Source: Paecilomyces variotii
Taxonomy: Eukaryota
Reading direction: 5' to 3' (one strand)
Length of the DNA: 64,000 bases
NCBI GenBank assembly: GCA_004022145.1
Contig: RCNU01000012.1
The notes beneath the pieces are model-generated. The model was not told where the DNA came from. It did no database searches and saw only the letters and a list, made by a program, of their open reading frames with translations. Shown piece after piece: positions 39,053 through 52,536 of this stretch. The translations under genes and the position numbers were made by a program. Position 1 is the first letter of the stretch. Each line of letters starts with the position of its first letter.

Positions 39053-40372
39053 TCATGCACGGGAAACCTTTCGTTTGCGTTTTCTAGCTATCGTTTGAGG
39101 TTTTCGCGGTGGAACTTTACTGATCTCGGCTTCTCCTGAGACTAGGAAGTCAAGACTCGTGCCGCGGTATGTCTTTGGCCGGCGGGACCTGGATATTTGT
39201 GGCCAATCGCGCTGCCGGTACCCTTTCTGCGTAGCCTCACATCTCTCGAAGTGCATCTGAATCTCAGTGGACAAGTAGGCACGTTGGAATAAGCGTATCT
39301 GCTCAGAAGTGAGTTTGGAGGTACCATACCACAGATAACCACAGGCGCTACAATACATGCCGGGCTCTGCCGTTTGTGTGCGTTTGTCCCAGAAAGGGAA
39401 GAAAGTCGAGCCTAGTGGTTCAGGTTGATATTGGTTCAAGATAATTCGCTTCGTAGACTCTATCGCTCGGGGCAAAGGCGGTTGCTCGATGAGACGACCA
39501 TCCACAGTATAGCAGAAGTTGTGACCTCGCATTTCGGGCCCGAGAGACAAACGTATCCTCCTTGGATGTGTAAACACTTCCGTAACTAGACGGCCGTCTG
39601 CTGTATAGCAAGGGCCGTGCTCGATGTGCTCGGCCCATTCCTTGCGCCATTCTGTATTGCAACGTTTCACAGCCTGGTCCAACTGGGATTCATCACCGTA
39701 TATCCCCATGCTAAGTTCGTAGGCCTGTCTGACGCTGACAAGTTGAAGACGAGGACAGCTCCGAACCTCACACCAAATATCCTCCATGAGTGGATAAGAT
39801 GATATATTCATCGGTATATTGTCAAGAGCGACAAGGCGTTTGATGGCATCTTCTGGGAGAGCGAAGACCGCCTTGGCACTCGAGACAAATGCCAGCTCGT
39901 ATTCACTGTGGCTTCGAAGACAAGTGTAGCAGCAGCGGGAACACGAAGGGAGGAAGAGAAAGGGGCCGAAATCCATGCACGTTCGACAACGAGGGTAGCA
40001 CATCTCCGCGAAGATCTGCCCTACGGACCATCGCGAGTCTACCTTGACTTTGCGCATGACACGCAAGGTTTGACGGGCATGGTTCTTCAGGATCAGATAC
40101 GCCGGAAAGGAGTCAACGAGCTTCCGATAGCGCGAGTTGAGTAGACGTATTCTGCTCGTACTCTCGTAATCGAGGCTCCCTAGGATCTCATACATGATAT
40201 CCAAGGGGATCGATCCTAGATATCCTGCTGACGGGGGTTCCGCGTTCATCTCTCCCAGGCCTGACTCATCAGACCGGGCGAGCGTGAGTTTTTTGGGGGT
40301 GCCCCATGTCCTGAATGCATCGAGCATCTCACAGGACGGCCGGGTCAAATGGTAGGCGACCCCTGAAGCCAT
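39053..40372 (-). CDS. F-box domain protein with a Cys-rich region (439 aa, single exon)
   Basis: F-box LGSIPLDIMYEILGSLDYESTSRIRLLNSRYRKLV, Cys motif CRTCMDFGPFLFLPSCSRCCYTC, and C-terminal CSAC..HFERC. Confidence 0.85.
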   Translation of the reverse strand: MASGVAYHLTRPSCEMLDAFRTWGTPKKLTLARSDESGLGEMNAEPPSAGYLGSIPLDIMYEILGSLDYESTSRIRLLNSRYRKLVDSFPAYLILKNHARQTLRVMRKVKVDSRWSVGQIFAEMCYPRCRTCMDFGPFLFLPSCSRCCYTCLRSHSEYELAFVSSAKAVFALPEDAIKRLVALDNIPMNISSYPLMEDIWCEVRSCPRLQLVSVRQAYELSMGIYGDESQLDQAVKRCNTEWRKEWAEHIEHGPCYTADGRLVTEVFTHPRRIRLSLGPEMRGHNFCYTVDGRLIEQPPLPRAIESTKRIILNQYQPEPLGSTFFPFWDKRTQTAEPGMYCSACGYLWYGTSKLTSEQIRLFQRAYLSTEIQMHFERCEATQKGYRQRDWPQISRSRRPKTYRGTSLDFLVSGEAEISKVPPRKPQTIARKRKRKVSRA

Positions 40373-40769
40373 CTGGACGAGGACGTCTTAGCATGTATGA
40401 TGATGAACGCGGTGCTTGGATTGTCTTGTCTTTGTTCGCGAGTGGCCGGTCCTTTGCTCAAGATATTCAAGTCATAAGGCGATGACCGTGTCATACTTCC
40501 GTGAGGAGGGGTAGGTATCACAGCAGGCAGAAAGAGTCAACCACAGCATACTGCAGTTATGTCTATTGTGTTCCATGGTTGGAGTTGACTCTTTCAGGGT
40601 TGCCATACTTTACCAGGGAATTTGAGATAGAAGAAAAGTGTAAAAACAAAAGAAGGGGAAAAAAATACAAAATGAATGACGATTGCAGAGCGACATCCCA
40701 TACCAGAAAGGGCAAGCGTGCATAATCACCGTCCAACAAAAAAGAAATCCGCAAAAAAGAAATGTGAAT

Positions 40770-40841
40770 TGACCGACGCAGGGATCGAACCTGCAATCTC
40801 TTGATTCGTAGTCAAGCGCCTTGCCATTGGGCCAGCCGGCC
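40770..40841 (-). tRNA. tRNA-Arg (anticodon ACG)
   Basis: The reverse complement GGCCGGCTGGCCCAATGGCAAGGCGCTTGACTACGAATCAAGAGATTGCAGGTTCGATCCCTGCGTCGGTCA folds as a cloverleaf and is followed by T-runs. Confidence 0.95.
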
Positions 40842-42089
40842 AATTGTTGGAAGACTGCAGCCAGATAAAATTTATGAGGCCATTTCGGCAGCCACTCGGA
40901 AGCAGCGTGCCGAGTGGGGACACATCTCGGCGGGGGAACACGAGGGCCGGGGCGAATAACGCGGGAGGGAAAAGCAGACTTGGTGTTACTGGTCGGCCGT
41001 GGTGGTGGTGCCCCATCGCAACGTCATACGGTATTATGATTTATGGTACTTCTAGAAAAAGACAAAAGAGGGGGATAGACTAGTTAGTACTAGGAGTAGG
41101 GTATGCCGGGTCCGCCGGTTCTCACGGCTAATTATTTGGCCATAATAATAATAATACAAATAATAATAGTTCACTTATCTCCCAGGCCTTGATTTGATTG
41201 ATTCCTTCACACTGTACAGTGACATCAATAATAATAATCCATTAATTGAGTAACTATGGTATTCACAGTAATAATCAATATACTCCTTGTGTACTACCAT
41301 AAGACCCTGGGAAGATCCTGGCGATCCGTCTGACTCTGTCCTCCCCGGGAAGCAGCACTGGACGAATAACGCGCTCGGACAAAGACCTTCTGGAATCCTT
41401 CGCTGCAGCCTTGCCGGATGCGCCATTTTCTGCTGAAACCTTGAGAATGTCAGCCAGGGACAGCCCATGCGTCATGGCGTTGTATACGGAGTATGGTAAT
41501 ACTACTGATACTGTAGGTAGAGTACGGAGGAGGAAGGCCTGTAGATAGACTCGACTCTCCTCGAGGATGGCCGTTGCAAGGCCAGACGGATCCTAATCGA
41601 TCCTGCTGGGCGCACAGACTGGGACTATCGCGTCCGCTAAGCTGCTATCTCGTTCTAACGAGATCTTGATTCTGGGGAGAGCCAACCGCCGCGTCCGGCC
41701 AACTCGGCTCGTCGCCCGTCTCCACGGCTTCACCGGATTTGTCTCGGTGTGTGCCCACTGGCACCCACTGAATTAGTAGTGAGTTACGGTAGCCTCCCTG
41801 GAGTCACCAACTAACTCACTCTTGTGTCGGGCTATCTCGTCCTGTTTCGCTTCTCTCGTTTCGATCTCTCTTCCTCCTTCTCTTCCTCTTCCACCACATT
41901 CCTTCAATCTCCCCTCTCTCTCCGTCCTGCTTGACGACTACGATCCTGCACAGCAAACGATGAGACCAGAGTCTCTGCAGACCATCGACCACCGCCGCCC
42001 GTGCTTGCACACCTTTCTCCCCCGTTCAGGGAGTCGACTGTGATTGTGACGCGAGGAACTCCAGAGTCTAGACGTTCCAATTGATCCCA

Positions 42090-42754
42090 ATGACACTTCG
42101 AGAAAAGGTGCGGAAGGCCATTCGCCGGGTCTCCCCTGGCTCTCCAAAGGACGATGGCAAGCCCAAGATCGAATACTACCGGCGGGGTGAAGTCCCCCGC
42201 TCCAAGTATCGCGGCCCTGTCGACCCCGAACACCAGAAGAGATTGCGGGCATGGACGTTTGAGGGGGCAATGGTGGAACGTCGACGGTCCGTCGATCTGG
42301 AATTGTCGCCGTGTGCCAGTCTTGACGAGCCTGTGCCCCCTCGTGACGATGAAGATCCCTCCGAAGCACCATCGCCGGACGTGGTCGACTTGCCGGACGG
42401 TACGTTCCGTCCTCTGCCACCGTCCATCATCCGTAATCCGTAACCCGTGCTGACCGCCGCTATATAGACGCCCCTACCGTATGCTACCAGGAGAATGCAT
42501 CCGACCGTCGTACCAAAGTTGGCTCCCAAGCCTCGACTGCTGTCAACAGCGGCGACAGCTGGACCTCCTCCATAGTCACCCTGCCGACCGATAACCGGGG
42601 TTCCGTTGCTCCAAGGCGGTGTTCCCTTGTTCAGATCAAGACTCTACCACAGAGCGCACCAACGACACAAACTCGGTCGTCGCTAGACAAACCGACTCCC
42701 ATTTCGCCTGACTATCTCGCACAAGCGTTGAACGCTACTCAGATCCGTGCTTAA
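42090..42754 (+). CDS. Conserved fungal hypothetical protein, 2 exons
   Basis: MTLREKVRKAIRR..KIEYYRRGEVPRSKYRGPVDPEHQKRLRAWTF. A GTACGT..GCTGAC..TAG intron at about 42400-42467 leads in frame to ..LAQALNATQIRA*. Confidence 0.75.
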
Positions 42755-44328
42755 GTCTAATGTGTGGTCCAAAACTGGAAGACCACGTGCACGACATTCC
42801 TTTCCATCATCTCTTAGTCGACTACTCTTCATTCTGTGCGGAGGATCCGCTTGCCAGGTCAAGAGGCCCGCACACATTCCTTTCCCTGTATAGACACGTT
42901 CCTTGGCCATAGTTATGATTCAGACGACTGGGACGGATAGATGGACTATTTATATTGGCATTACTGCCATCGACCATCTCGCATTGGTGCAAACGGCGTT
43001 ATTCTTTTCGTCCGCCATGGACCTCTACTCCATAGCGGTCGACTGAGACATCCAAGCTGGGTTTGGATGGGCGTTTGTTTGTCAGGTCGAGACTTCGTGA
43101 TGAACGACCAAAAGAGCAGGTCGAAGTACTTCGCGGTCTCGACTGGGGAGGTAACACTGCGCAGAGTTTTTCGGTTTCATCTCTCTCTGCCGTGTTACTT
43201 CTCACCGTCGTCATTCCTTGGACAAAATATTGCTTTTTAATCGCATTTTGCCGACAGTTATTGATCCTGTGAGAGCGTCGCATTACTCCTTTTATCATTA
43301 CATCTTTTATTGCTGAGCGGGCAGGTTTTTTTTTTCCTGTTCTACCTCTGTTTCTATATATGTACATAGAGATTTCCCTTGTGCGTTTTTTGTTTTTATC
43401 TTGACCGCAGATCTATCCTGTATGGTAAGAGCAGATCTGGCAGGTGATCAATGAAACTCATTGATGAACAGAAAATTCAATCAATTTTCAAATCCAAGCG
43501 TAGGTACCAAAACGGCGGCAGCCAAGCGATATTCTGCCTTCTCTACCTTGTTGGCCTGTCGAACAGAAGCGGAACTACTTACCGAATCCAGTAACTTACC
43601 GAACGCCCAATAGGGCTACCGTATTATATCTCTTATCATATACGAGCCCCCCTCTATCTCATCCAAACCCGATATCTTTACATGCAACTAAAGCGATATC
43701 GCCTAACATGGGGGAAAAAAAATCACACAGACCCAACCCTAAATCCATACAAGATAACTAATCACATGTGAAATAAAAACACCAAAGTGGCGAATCCAAG
43801 TTAAACCCCCACGTGCGATGATAAGTGGTCGATAAGGCGAAAAAGCTTATAATGTCAGCGGGAACATATTAGTCGCTGGAAGGGAAGGGATGGGGTGGTG
43901 ATATGCACATTTAGCCCTAATTTACTCTGACTTGAGTTACTTCTTACTAAGTTCTTAGTAGGTACTGAGAGTTGTTGTGGTAACTATGCAAGTAATTGGC
44001 TGGTTGGTTATGTGAGTGGAGAGTTTATTTTCTATTTTTTGGGTATGGAGTTTATCTGTATGGTATGGTATGCGCGCGTGGTTCATGGATGATCGCTGAC
44101 TTGAGGAGGAGGGGATGTAGATCGTCGTTCTGGTTTTTGGATAATGTGGTTAGGTTATGGCATAGCATGGCATAGCGTTAAAGATTTCAAGGGTTTATTG
44201 TTGATCTGAGTTATCTCTCTCCGGACTCTGCAGAATTCAAGTCAGTCAATCAGTCCAATACTTCTTATGGTTTGACTAGGTAGTAAACAGCTCCCACAGC
44301 AGATCGACCATCCATAACGAAGTTCTAT

Positions 44329-44415
44329 CTAGTTAGTTAGTTAGTTAGCCGCTTCATGTTCCATTTCCCCGGGAAACCAGTAAAGTAGGGATAGGATAGG
44401 ATAGGATAGGATAGA
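44329..44415. repeat. Short microsatellites (TAGT)n and (GGATA)n
   Basis: Tandem units are visible at about 44329-44348 and about 44389-44414. Confidence 0.7.
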
Positions 44416-45399
44416 TGAGCGACCTGCATCCATCGGCTCGGGTATTGTGGTTTCTGTCTTGTCTGTCATGGATTCTGTCAGATGCATTATTGTGTAGGCA
44501 TGTTTCATTCACTTCCGTCCCGAGACTGGAATGCTGGTATTGCTTTGATGATGATTTGTTCCCGACTAGGATCTACTAGCTTCATGCACAAGCTTGAGAG
44601 ACGTGTCGAGCAGATTATGGATTTTTCAGATGGACGTACTTACGCGAAAGAAGCAGAGCAGAGTCACTCCTTTCAAGTCCGTCGAGTCAGACTCTCTGTT
44701 ATCCAGCTCTGTGACATATTCCCTATATACTGGATTAATATTGCCCATAGAACCTATTCGCTTTCCATAAAATGGCAGGCTGGTATACTTAGCATAGGCT
44801 GATGGTATTGAAAACTTACTCCCAATAAAAGTTCTTAATCAAAGAGTTTTGGAGGAAATAATAATACACTATTACGACGCGAGACATCCAAAGCAGTGGC
44901 CGCATACTGATATCTTGACCTTCTGAGATATTTCACGACTACTTTGCTTTTAGGGTGCAAATAACGCCTTGCCGTCACATAGACACAGACGCGATACTGG
45001 AGAAGGTGCTCGTTGAGTGTGCTTCGATAAGAGTCCAATCCATCCGTTCTAATGGTGCGTTCAATATGTGGTTTGGCCATTCGAAACATGCATGGATTGG
45101 AAAATGCTGGAAATAGCAGAAGCTCAGTGACATAAGCATAGGAACGATTTGATGGAATGGCACGATATACGATAGACGTGAAGAGTAAGCGTTTGAAGAT
45201 GTAAAGTGCTTGTAAAGAGAAGAGCTTATAAAGGAAATAGGAGGGAAATACGTAATATCAGGCATTGCCACAGGTGAATACCCCTTTTCTCATTCCATAA
45301 ATCAGCCCTGAGCTTTATAAGGACTGCTCAGTTCTATAATCCAATCCATACGTTCTGAACATTGTACTTCCCGCTTGGTTTTTCTAATTTTAGTTCATT

Positions 45400-46388
45400 C
45401 GGAAGCTTAGCGGACCTGAATTGCTGGCATCCTTGGATGGTTTCCTCCCAGCACTGTTGAGATGCTATGCTGGTCTCGTAAGTCAATTCAATTTCATGTC
45501 TCTATTGATCTTCCTGAACTCTTGCGTCCTCAGCCGATTTGCCAGAGAAAGCCGTTCGCTCACTGGAAAATGTGGATGAAATTGCACTCTTCGTGAAGTA
45601 TTTCGGGAATGCTTCCGCCACTGACTGATGTCAAGCGTCCAGCCCCTTTGCCATAATGGCGATCTCCTTTGACAATGGACGAGAATACTCTGTTGCCGTA
45701 CAACAATTACATATGGTATGGAAGAGTGTCCGTGAGGATGAATACGTCTCTGGGTTCCTGTTCAAGATGGCAATGGTCTTGATATCTGACGTGAAAGACG
45801 AATTCGTCGGAGTTGTCCTGAGAACTGCTCAGCTCAACTACTTTTATCAATACATCACGGGCCGTGAGTTAGCTCATATTCCAGGGATGTAATCTGAGCC
45901 GACATAGTTTTTAGACCATTTGGAAGTAAAAGCTACTGGACCCCTGACGCTATCATCTGGTATGTCGACGGGACAGTCGCGCAGAAAGCGGACACATACA
46001 ACGCTATACCCGGCCAGAGCATGTTTCCCCAGACTATTTCTCGTTTATAAATGTCAGTATGCCCCGTTGGGGAAACCAGCTGGGATACTTCTGACATAAA
46101 GAGCCCGGATATTATTATGCTCTTGTTAACAAAATCAACATCACTTGATACGATCCAGTGGCCGGTACGAGACTCGAAAGAGACGAGTCGTATATTTATG
46201 TCAATGCCTCTGAAACGAACAGCTCTGTCATGATCACCTGTGAGAACACAGTACTCAGCTCATTTGAGGCTACTGGGACAAGTACACCAGCTCCAGCGAG
46301 CCTCACCCAAGCTGAAGCGGTGCATCTAGTGGTGGCTCTGGCACGAATAGCAATTGTTCAGCGACCAGTGGGTTCTCTCAAGGTCTAG
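45400..46388 (+). pseudogene. Pseudogene of a GH16 cell-wall transglycosylase (Utr2/Crh2-like)
   Basis: Fragments in different frames read KYFGNASATD*, NYIWYGRVSVRMNTS, SDVKD-EFVG..TAQLNYFYQ, YWTPDAIIWYVDG, FPQT, DIKSPDYYALV, SYIYVNASETNSSV and NTVLSSFEATG. There are stops and frameshifts. Confidence 0.8.
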
Positions 46389-46879
46389 GCTCGACTTCAT
46401 CAGGTTCTGCTCCTCCAATCGAACCATGTGTTCTGCGAGGAGCAATTTATACGACCTGGTCGCAGTTATAGCTCTGTTCGCCATTTAAGTCGTTTCCTAT
46501 CCGGATCATGCAGATTTGGCGAGGACGTATATTCATCCGACTCTCTTTACTTAGCTCTCCATGTATGCCGATAGCGGGATTCTCGACTAGTACATGAATT
46601 AATTGGCCCTCAGATCTTTCGGGGACAGTATTTTTCAGAATTGACAAAATTTGAATAGCCTTGTTTAGCCAGTCGAAACGGCCTACCTGAGAAAACAACC
46701 TTTTATCGAAATCACAAAGGATTATAGATTTTTAGTCATTCACATCTCATGGTTATTGAGATTATCATCATACGGCTATGCACGGTTCGTGAATGCGGTA
46801 GATCTAAACAGAAATCCATGAAGCCTATGCATTGGTATATTCAAGTTCGATGTATGTGCCGCCAATCATCATAGAACGT

Positions 46880-48025
46880 TTAGTCCTCATGCGTAACCGC
46901 CATATCCAGCACTTCGACTCTTCCTCTACCGCGTGTCTCATTGTTGACAAATTCGCCTAGGCCTTTGAAAGCACCTGGCTCAGCGAAGCCGACAACCTCC
47001 CACTCATCTCCACCTATCACCTCCTGCGACTCGACCGACTCGATATAACTCAAAATCTTGTCTTTGACGGTGCCAGGAGCCTTAGGTGCATTCTCTGCAT
47101 CCGACGCTGCGGCCTCTTCTGCCTCCTGGGCAGCCGCTTTCGATTTTGATCCTTTCCCGCCCTTTTTGTTCGATTTGGAATTCGACTGGGGCGCTTCTTG
47201 ATCCTGTTTGGCTGCAACCGAAGGCGCTTTCACTGATTGCTTGAGAATAGATACAGGACAAGTCACCCGCAGACGCATCCTCGCTCGCATCACCGGAATC
47301 GGCTGCCAGGCGATCAGAGCCTTCATGGCTTCAAGCGCCTGACTCTTCGCTGACTTGTTCGTGACGACACCGGTCCAGAGCGGTTTTCGCTGTTGGGAGG
47401 CACTATCACCGTCCTTTGCTGCATCGTCATTGTTTTGTTGTTCCTTCTGGAGCTGCCCACTTGCAGAACTCAGCTGGTCCAAAGCCTTGCTAATCATTCC
47501 TGTCGTGTACACGCGCTTCGTGGCCGGGTCGATCAGTCGTCCAGCTACGATATCTAGCACCTCCTTCTCAACTCGCTCCAAGATATCTTTCCGCTCGCGC
47601 TCTCCTACTTGCACTTCACCCTTGCGCAGAATTTCCTGGATGATTTCGTCTCGAGAGACACCGGGACCAAAAGCCTTGGTCAGCTCTGCGGACGGCGCTG
47701 TCTGGGCCTTCGACACGGAAAGGAAGATCGTAGGAACCTGAAGTACATTGTCGAGATCGGTTTCTGCACCGGAACGGTACTCAAGGAGCTTATTCTTGTA
47801 GCATGCTAGTTCAAAGCGCTTTTTGCCTGGGAACGAGAAGTTCGTTAGCGGGGTTGGCGGGGTAAGGAGTTTCGGTGCAAAAAATTATCTCAAGGTATCC
47901 GCAGTTTTAAAGGGGACATCCCCAATATATTAATCATGCGCTTCAAGCTTACCCTTTTTTAACCGGACAATAGAGACATTTGTGAACTTAATCTGATTTG
48001 ATGGTGTCTTGATGCCGACAGGCAT
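46880..48025 (-). CDS. SDO1: Ribosome maturation factor SDO1/SBDS, 2 exons, about 339 aa
   Basis: MPVGIKTPSNQIKFTNVSIVRLKKG, intron 47952-47827, then KKRFELACYKNK..IL.KGEVQVGERER..IP.MRARMRLRV. Confidence 0.95.
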
Positions 48026-49464
48026 TTTGACGGTGGATTCTGCGTGGATAGCAGAGAAATCTGATGTTGAAACAGGAACCCGCTCGATAAATGAGGCCCA
48101 GAAACGTTTACACACTCCTTATATGTGACGAGCGATAAGTTTTTGCGAGAAGACTGTTCTGGAGGTAAAGAAATAGCCCGTGGTAAAACTTGTCAGCGCG
48201 GAGATGGACGATTTCCATCGATTATGACGCTGTTGCGGTCCGTTTATGATGATGACTCAGCATAAATATGCTTGCCTAAATAGTTAGTTATGCACAACTA
48301 CGCATGATAGTTAAATGAGCTGTAAACTACCAGCATCTTATTCGATTCAAGGGAGTATATGGAATCATGAGATGTAGACCTCAAAATTTAGGTTTATTTG
48401 CTGCGCCGTCAAGGAGTAGTTCAGGTGAAAGGTAGCTCCCAAAGCTTGGGTACTGCTCATTTCCATGGATCGCATTCTCTCATCTGTAGTAAGTCGCGTT
48501 CATTCAACGTTTATTAGTTAGATACAGAGTCTGGTATTTCGATATAATCTGCTCGTCAGTCATGATGTTCCGTTTCCTATTGTAAATTCTTCTAGGATTT
48601 TAGTATCTATTCCCTACGGAACGGTGCAGAGATACAGGCTACATATCTTCAAGTTACATATGTGTCCCCAGATCAAAAGGGTTGTCTCTCAAATCTATTA
48701 CTTCACACGGACATAATCGTATCATACACCTCTGACCCTCATAGATTAGGTATCCATCAGTTGCTGCTGCCATAGACGGAGGATACGGCACGCGTGACCC
48801 TTCGCTGGGCGATCTGTACTTAGTGTCAGAAGACATGAGCCAAGCAAGCGGATACCGTTGAAGGTTTAGCAGCTATTATTCTTTCTAATTACTGAGAGAA
48901 GAGGACTCAAAAAGTACAATAATATATCTTGTTGGCAACCATCAGCGAGACGAGATAGCTGCGCCGTACTACACACACGTGACGCCTCTTGGCTGACCGA
49001 CGGAAGCGGATGCAATCAGAACCCTAAACTAACTGGAGATCCGGCGGTGCCTGGTCGGCCATTATTGGCGGCCCCGGAGTCGAGCCAGTCGATAACCAGC
49101 ACATCGTGACTCCACGGGTCCACCCGTATCAGGTCGACCCGTGACGCCGACACCGCTGGGCCTGGGGTCCTCCTCGCCTCCTCATCCTCTTCTCTTCCTC
49201 TCTTCTCTCACCCATCTCATCTCTCCTTCCTTCGGCATCGCATCTGGCTGTTCTGGTCCATCTCCAGTAAGCCATTGTTCTGCCGAGCCAGGACCTGTTC
49301 ACATCTTTTTATCATCATATCTTGTTTGCGGAGGCTGCGACGTCATACATAGCTGCCTAGGCAACTGGACCCCAAGGTTCCTGATCGTCTTCGAGCCATC
49401 ACACCCATCATAGCCATCAAACTTCCATCGTTTATATCATTATCACTATCACTGCAATTTCATC

Positions 49465-51170
49465 ATGAGAGTCCTTCCTGCTACGCTCTTGGTTGGAGCT
49501 GCAACTGCTGCTGTTCCTCCAGCTCAGCAGATCCTGCAGCTCCCCAAGAAGGGAGCTGATAGCTTGGCCAAGCCGCTTCACCAGATCCAGGAGCAGCTGA
49601 AGTCGCTCACGGATGACGCCAAGTCTCTCTGGGATGAGGTTGCCAACATATTCCCAGATTCCATGGACCACGCTCCCTTCCTGTCCCTGCCCAAGAAACA
49701 CACTCGTCGCCCTGACTCCCACTGGGACCACATTGTCCGTGGATCTGACGTCCAGAGCGTTTGGGTCACCGGATCAAACGGCGAGAAGGAACGCGAAGTT
49801 GATGGAAAACTTGAGGCTTACGACCTCAGAGTCAAAACGGTCGACACCAGCGAGTTGGGTGTCGATCCGGACGTGAAGCAGTTCAGCGGTTACCTGGACG
49901 ACAATGAGAATGACAAGCATCTCTTCTACTGTAAGTGTCCTTTCCCGTCTAGTCCAATGGTCTGTAACAATTGGTACTGACAAAAGAAAAAGGGTTCTTT
50001 GAGTCTAGGAACGATCCGGAGAACGACCCTGTCGTCCTTTGGCTCAATGGTGGACCCGGTTGTTCCTCTCTCACCGGTCTTTTCATGGAGCTTGGGCCTA
50101 GCTCGATTGACGAGAACCTCAAGGTTGTTTACAACCCTTACTCGTGGAACAGCAACGCCTCCGTCATCTTCCTTGACCAGCCAGTCAATGTCGGTTACTC
50201 CTACAGTGGATCCGCTGTGAGCGACACGGTTGCGGCCGGCAAGGACGTCTATGCTCTCCTTACCCTCTTCTTCAAGCAGTTCCCGCAGTATGCTAAGCAG
50301 GACTTCCACATTGCTGGAGAGTCCTATGCCGGACACTACATCCCCGTCTTCACCTCGGAGATTCTGTCTCACAAGAAGCGTAACATCAACCTCAAGTCGG
50401 TCCTCATCGGTAACGGTCTGACCGATGGCCTCACTCAGTACGAGTACTACCGTCCCATGGCTTGCGGTGAGGGTGGATACCCTGCCGTCCTTGACGAGAG
50501 CACCTGCCAGTCAATGGACAATGCTCTTCCTCGTTGCCAGTCTATGATCGAGGCTTGCTACAACAGCGAGAGTGCATGGACTTGCGTTCCTGCCTCTATC
50601 TACTGCAACAACGCTCTTCTGGGTCCTTACCAGCGCACCGGCCAGAACGTGTATGATGTGCGTGGCAAGTGTGAGGACAGCAGCAACCTGTGCTACAAGG
50701 GTCTCGGTTACATCAGTGACTACCTGAACCAGCCTAAGGTCTTGAAAGCTCTTGGTGCCGAGGTTGACGGGTATGATTCGTGCAACTTCGACATCAACCG
50801 CAACTTCCTGTTCCATGGTGACTGGATGAAGCCCTACCACCGTCTGGTTCCCGACATTCTCGAGCAGATCCCTGTCCTGATCTATGCAGGTGATGCTGAC
50901 TTCATCTGCAACTGGCTTGGTAACAAGGCCTGGACTGAGGCTCTTGAGTGGCCTGGCAAGGAGAAGTTCTCGACGGCTTCGATGAAGGACCTCAAGATCG
51001 TCGACAACGAGCACAAGGGCAAAAAGATCGGCCAGTACAAGTCGCACGGTAACTTCACCTTCATGCGCCTGTATGGTGGCGGCCACATGGTTCCCATGGA
51101 TCAGCCTGAGTCCAGCCTGGAGTTCTTCAACCGCTGGCTCGGAGGCGAATGGTTCGGTTCCAGCCATTAA
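49465..51170 (+). CDS. cpyA: Vacuolar carboxypeptidase Y (serine carboxypeptidase S10), 2 exons, about 547 aa
   Basis: Signal and propeptide, intron 49931-49992, [10 protein letters not shown], nucleophile motif [15 protein letters not shown] and GGGHMVP. Confidence 0.97.
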
Positions 51171-51784
51171 ACGCTGCATTGAAGGTGTTAACGTTCTTTT
51201 TTCGATATTTTTGGATGATTGGACTCAGGTTCAGAATAGTCTTAGAATGCGTATATGATCCCTTTGTTTGATGTCACGCGGGCATTAGAGTAGGACTGAG
51301 AATGAGAATGTGCGAGTTGAAGCCTGTGGTGTGGATTCTGGTTTGACCGCATCGCAGTCTCCTAGCCTCCTAGGGGTGTTTGCTAAGTTTACAATCGAAT
51401 TAAGCATCTACTTTATATCTCAATTTAATGGCCTACTCGAGATACTTTGATTGAAGTAATGAGTGATGGGCGTGAGGCTAGAAAAGGGTGCTCTGAACAC
51501 GTAGATTCTAGGGGGCTTTTATTGCTCTTTCATGGGCAGGACAAATGGAAGTCTCGCAGTAGATGTACGATAGATAGACCCGTAAGAATCGTTACCCAGC
51601 CGGTGAGTTGAATTTGTTGGTTGGTCAAATGCGTTTCATTGGTATTTCTTCATTTTTTTCCCTTCCCGTTTATCCGTGCCTTGCAATCCGTCCAGATTAC
51701 ACCACGTAGGTACCAGGATGCCACATACAGATATCGCCAAACCCACTCCCCCAAGCAAGGAAGAAAGTGAACAAAAGAAAAGTT

Positions 51785-52536
51785 TTAGCCCTTCTTCTTG
51801 GAGACACCGACGGTACGGCCTCTGCGACCGGTAGTCTTGGTGTGCTGTCCACGGACACGGAGACCCCAGTAGTGACGGAGACCACGGTGAGAGCGGATCT
51901 TCTTCAGACGCTCAAGGTCCTCACGGAGCTTGCTGTCGAGACCGTTGGCGAGGACCTGGCCGTCCTTGCCATCGGTGATGTCGCGCTGTCTGTTCAGGAA
52001 CCAGGTGGGGATCTTGTACTGGGTCGGGTTCTGGATGATGGTGACGATACGCTCGAGCTCCTCAGAGGTGATCTCTCCGGCGCTATAGAACCACGATTAT
52101 CAGCATGAGTGTCTCCAAACCAAAAATTCGCTCCTCTCCATTCCATTCTCATCCAAGTACGATAGACTGTGTATGGGCGATGGCGAAAAAGACGTACCGC
52201 TTGGTCAGGTCGACATCGGCCTTCTTGCAGACCAGGTTGGAGTAACGACGGCCGACACCCTTGATACGGGTCAAGGCGTACATAATCTTCTGCTTGCCAT
52301 CGACGTTGGTGTTAAGCAGACGCAGAATGAACTGGAAGTTCGTCTTCTCGCCGGACACGAGCGCTGTAGGATTCACACATTCACAGGTCAGCCATTTTTT
52401 CCATTTTCCATTTGTGCCAATATCACACGACTGGTCGATTCATCGACTCTCTCACTGATGCGCATCCCGATTTACGAGATCTCATCAATGAAAAGCAAAG
52501 CGACATATCAAGAAGGGTTGATGGGAACATACACAT
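51785..52536 (-). CDS. RPS18: 40S ribosomal protein S18 (uS13), 3 exons, 155 aa
   Basis: Exons 52536-52533, 52363-52198 and 52082-51785 give [72 protein letters not shown]. Confidence 0.97.

Noticed and set aside
44835-45271. Possible decayed gene on the minus strand (PIHAC..MAKPHIERTI)
   Set aside because: The resemblance to any family is too weak to support without a search.
52364-52532. Possible box C/D snoRNA in RPS18 intron 1 (TGATGA ... CTGA)
   Set aside because: The CTGA coincides with the likely branch point, and there is no terminal stem or recognisable rRNA guide.
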